Shown: positions 27,701 through 42,700 of the stretch, in pieces
Numbering within the stretch: the stretch's first letter is position 1
Layout of the letters: every line of letters begins with the position of its first letter
The notes under the pieces: model-generated
Seen by the model: only the letters and a program-made list of their open reading frames with translations
What the model was told of the DNA's origin: nothing
Databases searched by the model: none
NCBI GenBank assembly: GCA_024679065.1
Contig: JAGIQG010000008.1
Coordinates: 53,630,001-53,694,000 of the forward strand
Direction of reading: 5' to 3'
Origin: Sphyrna mokarran
Lineage: Eukaryota
DNA length: 64,000 nt
Program-made: the position numbers and the translations under genes

Positions 27701-30700
27701 GTTGCTATATCTACATCAGCCCTCTCTGTTACTATATCGAGGAATTCAAGCTGGTTAGCCAGACACAGTGTGCCATTAACAAATCTCTGCTGGCTATCCT
27801 TATTAAGACACAAAAGTTGGAAATGGGATTTTTTTCCCTGGGAGGATTCAGTATCAGTTACCTGTACAATTCCTTCCATCTCCAGTATATCCAGCCTTAC
27901 ACACACATTGAAAAGAGCCGGGGCTGTTGAAACAGGAGGCGGAGCTGTGACAGTTGTGGCTTCCACTTTGACATTCATTCACATCTGAAGTTGAGAAGAA
28001 AGGAAGAGTTCATTGGAGAATTTCTGGCTTTGACAGTCTTAAACTTTCTCCATTACACATCCAGGTTTAATCTCAAGACTTGTAAAATAACCAGATTCAC
28101 CATCTGTTCTTCGCACAAGTGTGCCCAAGATTCAATGAAATGTTACCAAGAGGAAGGGAGAAAATATCAACAAAATTAAAAGAAACATGTAGTCGATTTG
28201 CTACAATAGTAGCTGTTTATCCAAGCAACTGAACATCTGACAACTGAATATCTAGCAGCAATATCCCAGCAAAGATCAATAAAAGAGTTTGAACAATTCT
28301 CCTTGAGAAGTGTGGAACCTTCTCAATTTCTTGCAGAACTCATTCAATTTGATTTGTTCTATTTCTTTATTCATCAAGGAACTGGCTTTGAAGAAAGAAT
28401 TTAACCAAAGGAAATGTCAGTGTTTGATCATTCCCCAGAAATGTGAACATTGAAAATAAATAATTAGCAATTCTTCAGTTACCTGAACAATTCCTTCCAT
28501 CTCCAGTATATCCAGCCTTACACACACATTGGAAAGATCCGGGGCTGTTGAAACAGGAGGCTGAGTTGTGACAGTCATGGTTTCCACTTTGACATTCATT
28601 CACATCTGAAGTCGAGAAGAAAGGAAGAATTCATTGGAGGATCCCCAGCATTGTCCATTTTAAACCTCTTACACACCTAGATTGAGGCTTGAACCACATG
28701 AGTCTTGGAGAACAATCACATGCCCACTTCTGACAGGCTCTGCTATTTTGTGCGTTCACACTTTCTAGCCAGTAGCTTTTGGTACAAAAAATAAATTTTA
28801 AACTTCATTATTGTTGTATCTTCACTCCTCCCTTGGAGAGAATTGTGTGCAGCAGTGGAATGACTGTCAGTTTGATTAGCAGTCAGACAGGTTGTGACAT
28901 GAATGCTCTCTCCAAGGTCATAACTATTTCAATCAGCAGCTCCTGCTGCAGTGAAGACTTCCATCCCAGTGTCCACCTCATTTGTGCTCAGTGTCAATGA
29001 CTCCCATATGAGGAAATCCAGGATTTCAAGGCACTGGGAAATGGAGGTAAGGAAATTTCCCCTCTACCAAGACCATGCTGAGTGCAGTCCAACACTGTGT
29101 AGATACTGTCCAACCCCTCACCCAGTGAGTCACTGTCCATCTCTTAACATTTACAGGAAGTGTCAAGGGGATGTTTCATTAGGAGAGGAATCATAATGGC
29201 TGGAATTTTCCAGCCATTCCTGCCGACGGGATTTTCCGGTCCCAGGACTGTGAATGGAGATTTGCTGGGAGTCAAATTCTCCGTCCTCACTCTCTTGCAG
29301 CAGCAACTGGGTGTGAATAGCCAGAAAGTTCTAGCCAACTTGGTTACAAAACTTTTTAAATCATTTCTTCAAACATGAAATACACTTCAGAGTGTACACC
29401 TTGATCCAAACCCTGTCTCACTCTGGTTTGGAACTTGACAAAATCTCCAGTCCCATATGGAAGCTGTAACTTCAGTTCATTCCCCAATGGGTTCAATGAT
29501 TCCTATCACACACCTGTACAGACAGATCCATTCCAGGTGTAGCCAGTCACACAGGAGCATCTGAAGCTTCCGTCCTGCTGGGTACAGGAGGCATTGGGTC
29601 CACATGGATTGTTCACACACAAGTCAATAATTGCAGCTATGGTGAAAATATAGGTGGTTTAGACAATCAAAACAGCTGAATAATAGCACAAACAATGCCC
29701 TGATTGGAGGCAAGGTCACCCCAAAATGAGGGTGGATGAGCCTTGAAGAATAACATTCTCTGTTGGCCTCAAGGGCGATCTTACTTTCCAACAGCAACAA
29801 TAATTCATTCCTCAATGTCACAAAACAAAGGAGATTGTTATCGACTTCAGGAACCATAAAGGGGAACATGTCCCTGTTTACATCAACAGGAATGAGGTAA
29901 AAAGGATTGAGAGTTTCAAGTTTTTAGGTGTCCAAATCACCAACAGCCTGTCGTGGTCTCTCCATGCTGACACTATAGTTAAGAAAGCCCACCAATACCT
30001 CCACTTCCTCAGAAAACTAAGGAAATTTTGCATGTCACCTAAGACTCTCACTAACTTTTACAGATGCACCATAGAAAGCATTCTTTCTGATTGTATCACA
30101 GCTTAGTATGGCTCTTGCTCTGCCCAAGACTGCAAGGAACTACACACGTTCGTGAATGTAGCCTAATGCATCATGCAAACCAGCCTCCCATCCATTGACT
30201 CTATCTATACTTGCCACTGTCTTGACACATCAGTCAGCATAATGAAGGACCCCATGCACCCTGGACATTCTCTCTTCCACCTTCTGTTGGGAAAAGGATG
30301 CAAAATTGTGAGGTCACATACCAACTGATTCAAGAACAGCTTCTTCCCTTCTGCTATCAGACTTTTGAATCGACCTATCTTGTATTAAGTTGATCTTTCC
30401 CTACATCTAGCACTCTCATCCCCTTTTCTATGAACAGTATGTTTAGTCTGTATAGCGTGCAAGAAACAATACATTTTACTGCATGTTATACATGTGACAA
30501 ATTAAATCATGTAAATCAAATCAACCTTCCATTGTTATAAAAGACTGTTCTGTGAATGAAATTATTGCCGAGCTTTCCAACTTGCTAATTCAGTTTACAG
30601 TATTTACTTTGTATCCTGAATCAATTTTGAAGCAATCACAAATATTTCGGACATCGGACAAATCTCCTCATTCCCAAACATTTTAGAATAATCACTAAAG

Positions 30701-33700
30701 GGATCTTTGCAGTGACTCCGTTAGCTCAGACAGTCGGCAGGTATGTCAGATAGACAAGGATGTTTCTGGATGTGATTCCCATTCCAGCTCTGAACGGATA
30801 TCCTGATATTGAGAGTACAAATTAAAAAAAGATGGAAATTGGATGATTTGCCACTGGGAAGATTCAGTATCTTTTACCTGAGCAATTCCTTCCATCTCCA
30901 GTATATCCAGCCTTACACACACATTGGAAAGAACCGGGGCTGTTGAAACAGGAGGCTGAGCTGTGACAATTGTGGCTTCCACTTTGACATTCATTCACAT
31001 CTGAAGTTGAGAAGAAAGGAAGAGTTCATCGGACGATCCCCAGCTTTGTCGATATTAAACTCTTTACACATCAGATTTAGGCTTGAATCACATGATTCTA
31101 GAATAACAATCATCTACAGATATCCAACTACGGAGTAGTAGAATCACAGAGTGCTCATTTCTAACAGGCTCTGCCATTTTATGGATTGACAATTTCAAAA
31201 TCAGTAGGTGATTATTCTCAGATCTTCACTCCTCCCTTGGAGAGAATTGTGTGTGGCAATGGAAACGATTGTCAGGCTGATTAACATTCTGACAGGTCGT
31301 GATGTAAATGTTCCCTCCAAAGTTATAACTATTTCAATCAGCAACTACTACTGCAGTGAAGACTTCCATCCCAGTGTCCACCTAGTGTCCAGTCTCAAAC
31401 ATGTCCATGTGTGGGACTCCAGGATTCTGAGGCATTGGGAAAAAAGCATAAGGAAATACCTCCCTCCCCAGACCATGCTAGGTGCACATCAACAATTTGT
31501 GGAGGTGTTAGCACCTCACCCAATGAGTCACTGTCTATGTCTTAGACCAACTGGAACTGTCAGAGGGATGTCGCAATATGAGGGAAATCACAGTCTGATG
31601 TAAAACTTATCAATTCTTTCTCCAATGGCAAAGTAACTACAGAACATATGCTTTGTTCCCACCCCTGTCTTGGTCTGGTTTGGAATTTGACAAAATCTCC
31701 AGTCCTATATGGAAGCAGTGAGTTCAGTTCATTCCCCAATGGGTTCAATGATTCCCATCACACACCTGTACAGACTGATCCATTCCAGGTGTAGCCAGTC
31801 ACACAAGAGCATCTGAAGCTTCCGTCCTGCTGGGTACAGGAGGCATTGGGTCCACATGGATTGTTCACGCACATGTCAATAACTACAGAGAGGAACTGAG
31901 TTGGTTTAGATAAAATCACGGTGCTGGTCTTTTACATCCTACAAATATATAATCGATGAATTTTCATTCCCCTGGATATTTTACCAATCTTTTTCCTTGG
32001 GTTTGGAATTTGTTGATTACTGGAACACTTACAATTCTTTGTAACGATCCTATGTTTTAGAGCCGTAAAGTAGCATAAAGTCGCCATCTCATCACAGAGA
32101 TTTAATTGTGAAATGTGAGAGAGCAGAATTGGTCTCTTACATAATGGCCTCTTGATCATTGCACCCTCTCACTGTTGAAGCTGCCATTGGCTGTGGAATT
32201 ATAACTGGGTTAAGACGATAGCTTTAAGTTCGGACCTTGCAAGGCAACTGGACAGACTTAGGATGCATCATTGGATTTAAACCCTCCATGTGTTTTTACA
32301 CTGGGTTCAGCTTAGTCGGACAAATTATTTTCCAAATTTGAACTTGTATCAGAGTTTGAGTTGTGTCTGGTTTTACTGCTTAACTTCCCCTCTTCCCGGC
32401 ATAGAAAATATTCCACTTTGCAATTCTAATCGTTTCTAAGACTGCCACAAGTATTTCATGGATCTGATAAACCTCTTCACACCACAACATTTTATTATTG
32501 TCATCAAAGGAATCCTCCAAGTCAATCACTCGTCGCAGACAGTGAGCAGCTACATCAAGTAGACCAAGGTGGTACGATCCCATTCCAGGCTAGAATAGGC
32601 TCCTAGACTTTGCAGCATACAAATTAATAATAACATAATAAGTAAGACAATGAAAAAGAGGATCTTTTTCTCCTGGAAGGATTCAGTATCAGTTACCTGT
32701 ACAATTCCTTCCATCTCCAGTATATCCAGCCTTACACACACATTGGAAAGAGCCGGGGCTGTTGAAACAGGAGGCTGAGCTGTGACAGTCGTGGCTTCCA
32801 CTTTGACATTCATTCACATCTGAAGTTGAGAGGAAAGGAAGAGTTCATTGGAGGCTCTCCAGTTTTGTCAATCTGAAATTTTCTACGTACACCAAACTTT
32901 CACACTGACCTACATAACCCTGACAAATGACCAGACTATGAATGAAGAATAGAAGTTTGTCTGGTGGATACTTGTAAAATTGCAACATCAGCAATGAGTC
33001 AATTATTCATGGCTGAATAGGGAGGCATGACCAGATTTTCCAGGAACTAAAGACTGAATTCCCAAATGCTGAAGTGAGCAAATTGGGTGAAAAATCATAG
33101 GAAGAAACAAAAGAGATGAGTTGAAAGGCTGTCTAACCTAAAACAATTACAACTCAATCCAACTTCAGTTGTTTATTATTTAATGGTATTGGAATGTCCC
33201 ATGGTGAGAAAGCGGGGGCTGGGCAGTAGGAAGATGGAAGTCATGTGACGAACCTTCCTGTGATATGCCCAACAAGAGTTGACAGCATGGTTTTGGGGTG
33301 CAGCCAATTGGAAAACAGAGGAGGGATTTGAGTGAATTTACAATCTGCTGAAAAAGATAAATTCCAGCAGATGCTGCAAATCTGAAACAAAAGGGAATGT
33401 TGGAAATATAGAACAGGCGAGTTAGTGACTGAGGAATTTCCATTTCAAATCCACTCACTGTCCCAATTGCTTTTCTCTGCCGATTATAGAATGTGTGGAA
33501 GAATTGAAAATTGGTACAATGACAGAATGCAATTGACAATGCTCAGTAAATCTACAGTTACCCTGAAGAAAATGTGAACACTAACAGTCAACAACAGTCT
33601 TTTGTATTTTTATTGAATTCCAATTTATTCACTTTTGAATCTGTCCCTGACACTGAATTTCTTCTTTTCAGTCTCCTGTCCAGATTGAGATTCAGGTTAA

Positions 33701-36700
33701 TATTTGCTAAACATTGTCCAATAGCAGTCCCACATTGTTAATGTATGAATCTTGATGGTCAGTATAGTCAGATGGATCGTGAAGAAAGTTAAAATTGATT
33801 GTTGGGGGTTTCAATGGTTTTCACATAGGCAAAACAATACCACAGAGATCCAAAACTCCGGAGGAGTAAAATCACAGGGGGTCCTCTTCTGACAGCCACA
33901 GGCTCTGCTCATTTTGAGGGTTGGCACATTCAAACCAATTAAGTATCATTCTTATATCTTCACTTTTCCCCTGGAGAGAATTATATGTGGCAGTGGAATG
34001 TTTTTCAGGCTGATTAACAGTCAGACATGTTGTGATATGAATATTCCCTCCAAGGTCATAACTATTTAAATTAGCAGCTCCTACTGCAGTGAAGACTTAC
34101 ATTCTAGTGTCCACCTCATTTGCGCTCAGTGTAAATATGTGGGAATCCAGGATTCTGACATTCTGGGAAAAGAACATTTCCCCATCCTCAGACATTGTTG
34201 GGTACATTTTAACAATTTGTAGACACTGTCCAACCCCTCACTCAGCGAGCCACTTTCCATGTCTCAGTCTCGTCAGTGTCAGTGGGATGTCTCATTGTAA
34301 GGGAGATCAGAGTCTGATGCTAAACTTATCAATCCTTTCTCCAATGGCAAAGCAAACTACAGGACGCATGTTTTGATCCCACTCCTGTTCCAGTCTCATT
34401 TGGAATTTGACAGAATCTCCAGTCCTGTATGGGAGCAGTGAGTTCAGTTCATTCCCCAATGGGTTCAGTGATTCCCATCACACACCTGTACAGACAGATC
34501 CATTCCAGGTGTAGCCAGTCACACAGGAGCATCTGAAGCTTCCATTCACCTGGGTACAGGAGGCATTGGGTCCACACGGATTGTTCACACACATGTCAAT
34601 AACTGCAGGTAGAAAATCAGAGGGGTGTTGTAAGTATAATGCAGTTGAATAAGATTGCCTCAGTACATAAGGGGATTTATATAAAAATGAAGCAGCATCC
34701 AGGTGGGGTGGTGCACTTATTACAAAATGGCAACATTATCCAAGTTGCCTGTTAGATACATGAAGCAGTTTTCAACTATCAGAGTAAACAATTTGGAACA
34801 CTCAGTTCCCTCCATGCAATTTTATTACTCATGGTTACTGCTCTTCAGGAAAAGTTCCTTTTTCAATCTAGCAAATCATTTTGAGGCAGTGACATGTTTC
34901 AGCATTGGAACACCTCTAAACATGTTGCCGTTCAGAATGTTATAATTCCTCTTTTCCAAAGGATCAGATGGTCCAGGCAGTTTGTAAATGCATCATCCAG
35001 AAAGTGATGATATTGATTCAATTGTAATCTGTCATCTTGCAATTTGCTTATGATGATTATAAATGAATAAGAAATGGGAATATTTTTCCTGAGAATATGT
35101 ACTGTCAGTTACCTGTACAATTCTTTCCATCTCCAGTATATCCAGCCTTACACACACATTGGAAAGAGCCAGGACTGTTGAAACAGGAGGCTGAGCTGTG
35201 ACAGTCGTGGCTTCCACTTTGACATTCATTCACATCTGAAGTTGGGAAGAAAGAAGAGTTCATTGAAGGGTCCCCAGCTTTATCACTATTAAATTTTCTC
35301 CTGTTACGCATCTAGACTTAGACTTGATCCATACATCTCTTATAAAAGATGAATGCTTCAGGCTGTAATATAAAGAGTTGATCTTTGTGGTGGATACCTG
35401 TACAACTGCAACATCAACAATGAGACTATCATGCGGGAGTGAATAGGGAGACAATATGACAAAATTTTTCTGCATGTTGAACAAATTAAAGATGAAACTG
35501 AGGAAAATTGAAGCAAGTAACTTATGCAAATCATAGCAATGGAATGAAAATTGCAGATAAAACAAGGCTGTTTGGCCTTAGACAGTAAGCTTGCAATCTG
35601 GTGACTATGGGTGGGACTTTTGCATTCAGCGGTGAAGCAATTGTTTCTCCATTGCCTGCGCAGAGAGAAGTAAGCTCAGTTAGTTTGCTGGCTAAGCGAG
35701 AATGCCCTCATCTTCCTGCAGTAGGGACGGGCACGAGGACAAACAGGGAGCTCTTCCAGCCTGACACATTGCTGGTGAAGTCAGAGCCACCATTGACCTC
35801 AGGAACTGAACAAACATCCCTTGAGGTCAGTCTTCAGCTCAATGGCAGGTTCTGATTTGAAACATTTTCAAGAGTTATAAAACATCTCATGAATTTTAAA
35901 TATTTTGAATATATTATAAAAAGTTTTAAATGTTTATAAATAATCCAATACTGAGGCAGAGGGAGAGGGAGATAGGAAAAAAGATTAAGCGAGGGAAGGT
36001 GGCGAATGCTTAGGGTGGTAGACATCAGAAAGTTATGTGATAATTCTGTCTCTGGCCCCTGGCTTTGCGAATGTAGAATTCTGAGGCATTGCAAAGAAAA
36101 TGTGGCCCTGGCCCAAATGTTGCTGGATAATTGGCAAAATAAAAGAGAGACACTAAAGGCTGCTGGGAAATGTAGCTAAGGTGCAGAGATTCAACAAGGA
36201 ATCACTAGGCAGTTCGCTCACAGCATGCAAGACAGCAAGAGATCTCTTGACTTCAAAAAGTGATGGTTGTTAGTTTCAGGTGCCAGTGATCACAGATGAA
36301 AAAATGGTAGTAAACAATTACCCATCACACAGAAGTAGGAGATAATGACAGTGAAAGATGGGGAACCATCAACATGGGCAACTGTGTTAATCTGTCAAGG
36401 AACAGAGAAATGTAAGCACACACACAGTCCCAAGGAAGATACAAATATTGTGCAGACTTAGTCAAATTAGTGATAACCAAAAGCAGGAACATTGTGGATG
36501 GGAGTCTCAAACTGTCAGCTTGAAGACAGAGTTTGATCCACATTCATTCCTGGCCAGCATTATTAGTTGGTAATGTCAGCACAACTTCATCAGAAGTCAT
36601 TAGTAAGTATTGTTTGTTTAACTGAGGAATTTATTGTAGCAGCTAAGGAGATGGAAATATTTCCATGATTAAAACAGAGTATAGTAGTGATAAGCATTCG

Positions 36701-39700
36701 GATTTTATATTTTGCTGAATAAAGAAATGATTTGATTCAAGAATAATGGTGCTGTGGCTATCAATCATCTGGAGTGAGGGTCTCAGTCAACAGGTTCAAT
36801 GATACCTCTCACACATTGTACAGACAGATTCATTCTAAGGTTGATTTCCTACCTCGCCCTGTCCCTGGAAGGCAATGGCAAACCTTTGCTGACTAAAAAC
36901 CTGCCAAGTAAACCCTTCATGTACAAAGCAAACAATAGGCCTGGGGCCTGCCTTCAGGAAGAGAACGCATGAAAAATAAAGATGGAAATGGGACGATTTA
37001 CTCCTGGGAAGATTCAGACTCACCCAGACCCAAAACTTTGGCTGTGTTCCCTCACCACAGATGCTGTCAGACCTGCTGAGATTTTTTTTAGCATTTTCTG
37101 TTTTTGTTTCAGATTCCAGCAATCACAGTAGTTTGCTTTTATTAAGATTCAGTGTCAGTTACCTGTACAATTCCTTCCATCTCCAGTATACCCAGCCTTA
37201 CACACACATCGGAAAGAGCCGGGGCTGTTGAAACAGGAGGCTGAACTGTGACAGTCGTGGCTTCCACTTTGACATTCATTCACATCTGAAATTGAGAAGA
37301 AAGAAGAGTTCATTGGAGGATTTCCAGTTTTATCGATATTGAACTATCTACACACCCAGATTTAGGCTGGAACCACATGACTCTTGGAGGACAATCAGAC
37401 TGCCACAGCTAACAGGCACTGCTATTTTGTTGGCTTACATTTTCTAGCCAATAGTTTCTGATACAAATAGGTAAACTTCAAACTCTATTATTATTGTATC
37501 CTCACTCCTCCCTTGGAGAGAATTGTGTGTGGTAATGGCACAATTTTCAGGCTGATTAACAATATGACAGGTTGTGATGTGAATTCTCCCTCCAAGGTCA
37601 TAACTATTTACATCAGCAGCTGCAGTGAAGACCTTTATCCCAATGTCCTCCCCATTTGTGCTCAGTGTCAATCACTCCCATGTGAGGGGATCCAGGATTG
37701 TGAGGCACTGGGAAAAGTAGGCGCTGGAAAAAGAAAGTAAGGAAATTTCACCAATCCACCACGTTGAGTGCAGTTCAACACTGTGTAAATACTGTCCAAC
37801 TCCTTGCCCAGTGAGTCAGTGTCCATCTCTTAACATTGTCAGGTAGTGTCAGCGGCATGTTCCAATCGGAGGGGAATGGTGCCGATGGGATTCTCTGGTC
37901 CCACTACTGTAAATGGAGATTTGGCTGAGCATCAAATTCTCTTTCCTCACCAGCAAAAGCAGCAGGAAATGAATGGCCGGAAAATCTGGTTACTAAATTT
38001 TGAAGATTATTTCTTCAAACGTGAAATAAACTTCAGAATGTACACTTTGATCTAAACCCTATCTTGAACTGGTTTGGATCTTGACAAAGTTTCCAGTCCT
38101 GTATGGAAACAGTAAGTTCAGTTCATTCCCCAATGGGTTCAATGATTCCCATCACACACCTGTACAGACAGATCCATTCCAGGTGTAGCCAGTCACACAG
38201 GAACATCTGAAGCTTCCGTCCTGCTGGGTACAAGAGGCATTGGGCCCACACGGATTGTTCACACACACGTCAATAACTGTGGATATAAAATGAATGTGGC
38301 TGTTTGAACCCAAATGAATCAGATTACTTCAATGTAGAACCATTTTCAGATAAACAGGGAGCTGCTTTAAGTGTGGGAGAGGCAGTCAATTAAATGAAAA
38401 GGAAACTTTAACCTGAATGCCTCTCAGATACATGGCACAGTTTTCAACCCTTCAGAATGAGATGTTGAACACACTCAGTTATCTGCCTACTATTTCTCTC
38501 AAATGGATTCCAGATCACTTACCTGTACAATTCCTTCCATCTCCAGTATATCCAGCCTTACACACACATTGGAAAGAGCCGGGGCTGTTGAAACAGGAGG
38601 CTGAGCTGTGACAGTCGTGGCTTCCATTTTGACATTCATTCACATCTGAAGTTGAGAAGAAAAGACAAGCTCATTGGAGGATCCCCAGCTTTGACAATCT
38701 TAATCTTTCTATGAACTCAGATTTAGGCTTCAACAAGATAAGTCTTGGAGAACAATCAGAGTGCCCACTTCCTACAGGCTTTGCCATTTTGTGAGTTTAT
38801 ACTTTCTAGTCAGTAGCTTGCGACTCAAATAAATAAGCTTTAAATACTATTATTTTTGTATCTACATTCCTTCCTTGAAGAGAGTTGTGTGTCAGTGGAA
38901 TGATTGTCAGACTGATTAACAATCTGACAGGTTGTGACGTGATGCCCCCTCCAAGGTCATAACTATTTAAATCTGCAGCTGCTGCTCCAGTGAAGACTTC
39001 CATTTCAGTGTCCACCTCATTTGTGCTGTTTCAATGTGTGGGAATCCAATACACTGGGAAAAGCAGGAAATTCCCCCACCTCCAGACATTGCTGGGTACA
39101 ATTTGTAGAGACCTTCAATGCCCACCACCACACTGAGTCACTTTCCATGTCTTATTCCTATCAGTGGCAGAAGGATGTCTCATTGTGAAGGAAATCACAG
39201 TCTGATGGTAAACTTATCAATCCTTTCTCCAATGGCAAAGCAAACTACAGAATACATGTTTTGATCCCACCCCTGTCCTAGTCTGGTTTGAAATTTGACT
39301 GAATCTCCAGTCCTGTATGGAAGCAGTGAGTTCAGTTCATTCCCCAATGGGTTCAATGATTCCTATCACACACCTGTACAGACAGATCCATTCCAGGTGT
39401 AGCCAGTCACACAGGAGCATCTGAAGCTTCCATTCACCTGGGTACAGGAGGCAATGGGTCCACACGGCTTGTTCACACACATGTCAATAACCATGGATAT
39501 AAAATGAATGTGATTGTTTAAACACATCATGAATAAGACCACTTCAATGAGGAACTGTTTTCAGATAAACAGAAAACAGCTTTAATTGAGGGAGATGCAG
39601 TCAATTAAATGAAAAGGAAACTTTAACCTGAAGGTCTTTCAGATTCTTGGAACAGTTTTCAACTCTTCAGAATGAGGTGTGCAACAGTTATCTCACTGCT

Positions 39701-42700
39701 TTTTCTCTCTGTCCAGGATTCAGTTAATGTCCCACTTTCTTTCCAATGACATACTGAGACAGTAAAACCTTTTCAATCACCGTACACCTCCTAGTATGTT
39801 ACAATTCAGAATGTTAAAATGACTGCCTCTGAAGAGCCAGCTGGTCCAGGCACTGTGGGGTTGGATCATCCAAACCAGGAATTGTGAGAACATGCCTGGA
39901 ATAATCTCCAAGATCTTGCAATTTCCTCAATTAGATACAAAAGAAATTAAAAGGAAATATTAACCCCAAATGGATTCAGTATCAGTTACCTGTACATTTC
40001 CTTCCATCGCCAGTATATCCAGCCTTACACACACATTGGAAAGAGCCGGGGCTGTTGAAACAGGAGGCTGAGTTGTGACAGTCGTGGCTTCCACTTTGAC
40101 ATTCATTCACATCTGAAGTTGAGAATAAAGGTAGAGTTCATTGGAAGATGCCCAGTTTTGTCAACATTAAACTATATACAAATCCAGATTTAGGCTGAAA
40201 CCACATAACTCTCAGAGAACAATCAAGTGCCCAATTTTAACAGGCTCTGCCATTTTGTGAGTTTATACTTTCTAGCCAGTAGATTGTGAGACAAATAAAT
40301 AAACTTTAAATTCTATTATTGTTGTATCCACACTCCTCCCTTGGAGAGGATTGTATGTGACAGTGAAATAATTTTCAGGCCTATTAACAGTCGGACAGGT
40401 TGTGATGTGAATGCGCCCTCCAAGGTCATAACTATTTCAATCAGCAGTTACTGCTGTAGTGAAGACTTCCATCCCAGTTCCATCTCATTTGTGCTCAGTG
40501 TCATGTGTGGGAGTCCAGGATTCCAAGGGACTGAGAAATGGAGGTAAGGAAATTTCTCCCTTACCAAGACCATGCTGAGTGCAGTTCAACACTGTGTAGA
40601 CACTGTCCAACCCCTCACCCAGTTATTCAGTGTCCATCTCTTAACATTGACATGAAGAGTCAGTGGGATGTTTCATTGGGAGGGGAAGCGTAATGGCCAC
40701 AATTTTCCACCGTTCATGCCATCGAGATTCTCTGCTCCCAGGGCGGTGAATGGAGATTTGCTGAGTTAGATTCTCCATCCTCGCTTGCAGCGGCAGCAGG
40801 GCAAGAACGGCTTGGAACCTCTGGCCAAGCTGGATATTGAACACTTTAAAATCATTTTTCAAGGGCAAAGCAAAGTTCAGGATGTACATCTTGTTGAAAT
40901 CTGTCCTGGTCTGGTTTGAAATTTGACAGAATCTCCAGTCCTGTATGGAAGCAGTAAGTTCAGTTCATTTCCCAATGGGTTCAATGATTCCCATCACACA
41001 CCTGTACAGACAGATCCATTCCAGGTATAGCCAGTCACACAGGAGCATCTGAAGCTTCCATTCACCTGGGTACAGGAGGCATTGGGTCCACACGGATTGT
41101 TCACACACATGTCAATAACTGTGGATATAAAATGAATGAGATTGTTTAAACGCAACATGAATAAGAACTCATTAATGAGGAACTGTTTTCAGATAATGAG
41201 AAAACAGCTTTAAGTGAGGGAGATGGAGTCAATTAAATGAAAAGGAAACTTTAACTGAATGCCTTTCAGATAAATGGGACAGTTTTGAAACCTTCAGAAT
41301 GAGGTGTGGATCACACACAGTTATCTCTCTGCTATTTCTCTCTGCTCAGGATTCAGCTAATGTTCCATTTTCTTTCCAACAACATATTAAAACGGAGAAA
41401 TTTTTCCAATCTCTGTACACCACCTAACATGTTACAATTCAGAATGTTAAAGTGTCTCCCTTTTGAAATCCCAGCAGGTCCACGTACTGTATCTGGACCA
41501 GGAATTGTAAGAACAGGCCTGGGAAAAACTCCAAGACCTTGCAATTTCCTCAATTGGATACAAAAGAACTGAAAAGCAAATATTTAACCTCTAAATGGAT
41601 TCTGGATCAGTTACCTGAACAGTTCCTTCCATCTCCAGTATATCCAGCCTTACACACACATTGGAAAGAGCCGGGGCTGTTGAAACAGGAGGCTGAGCTG
41701 TGACAGTCGTGGCTTCCACTTTGACATTCATTCATATCTGAAGTTGAGAAGAAAGGACGAGTTCATTGGAAGATCCCCAGTTTTGTCAATATTAAACTAT
41801 ATACAAATCCAGATTTAGGTTGATACCACATAACTCTTGGAGAACAATCAAGTGCCCAATTTTAACAGGCTTTGCCATTTTCTGAGTTTACACTTTCTAA
41901 CCAGCAGCTTCTGAAACAAATAAATAAACTTTAAATTCTATTATTGTTGTATCCACACTCCTCTCTTGGAGAGGATTGTATGTGACAGTGGAATAATTTT
42001 CAGGCTGATTAACAGTCAGACAGGTTGTGATGTGAATGCTCCTTCCAAGGTCATAACTATTTCAATCAGCAGTTACTGCTGTAGTGAAGACTTCTATCCC
42101 AGTGTCCACCTCATTTGTGCTCAGTGTCAATCACTCCAATGTGTGGGAATCCAGGATTCCAAGGGACTGGGAAATGGAAGTAAGGAAATTTCTCCCCACC
42201 AAGACCATGCTGAGTGCAGTTCAACAGTGTGTAGATACTGTCCAATCTCTCACCCAGTTATTCAGCGTCCATCTCTTAACATCAACAGAAAGTGTCAGCT
42301 GCATGTTTCATTGGGAGGGGAATCATAACAACTGCAATTTTCCATCGGGATTCTCTGCTCCCAGGGCTGTGAATGGAGATTTGCTGAGTTAAATTCTCCA
42401 TTGTGGCAGCAGGGTGAGAATGGCTTGGAACCTCTGGCCAAGCTGGATATTGAACATTTTTAAGTCATTTTTTCAAGGACAAAGCAAATTGCAGGATGTA
42501 CATCTTGATCACACTCCTGTCCCTGTCTGGTTTGGAACCTGACTGAATCTCCAGTCCTGTATGGAAGCAGTAAGTTCAGTTCATTCCCCAATGGGTTCAA
42601 TGATTCCCATCACACACCTGTACAGACAGATCCATTCCAGGTGTAGCCAGTCACACAGGAACATCTGAAGCTTCCATTTATTTGAGTACAGGAGGCATTG

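Noticed and set aside
33180-33850. Possible extra unique exon in the non-repetitive intron segment
   Set aside because: The candidate acceptor at ~33563 gives a stop in the phase-1 frame, and no recognisable domain appears in other frames
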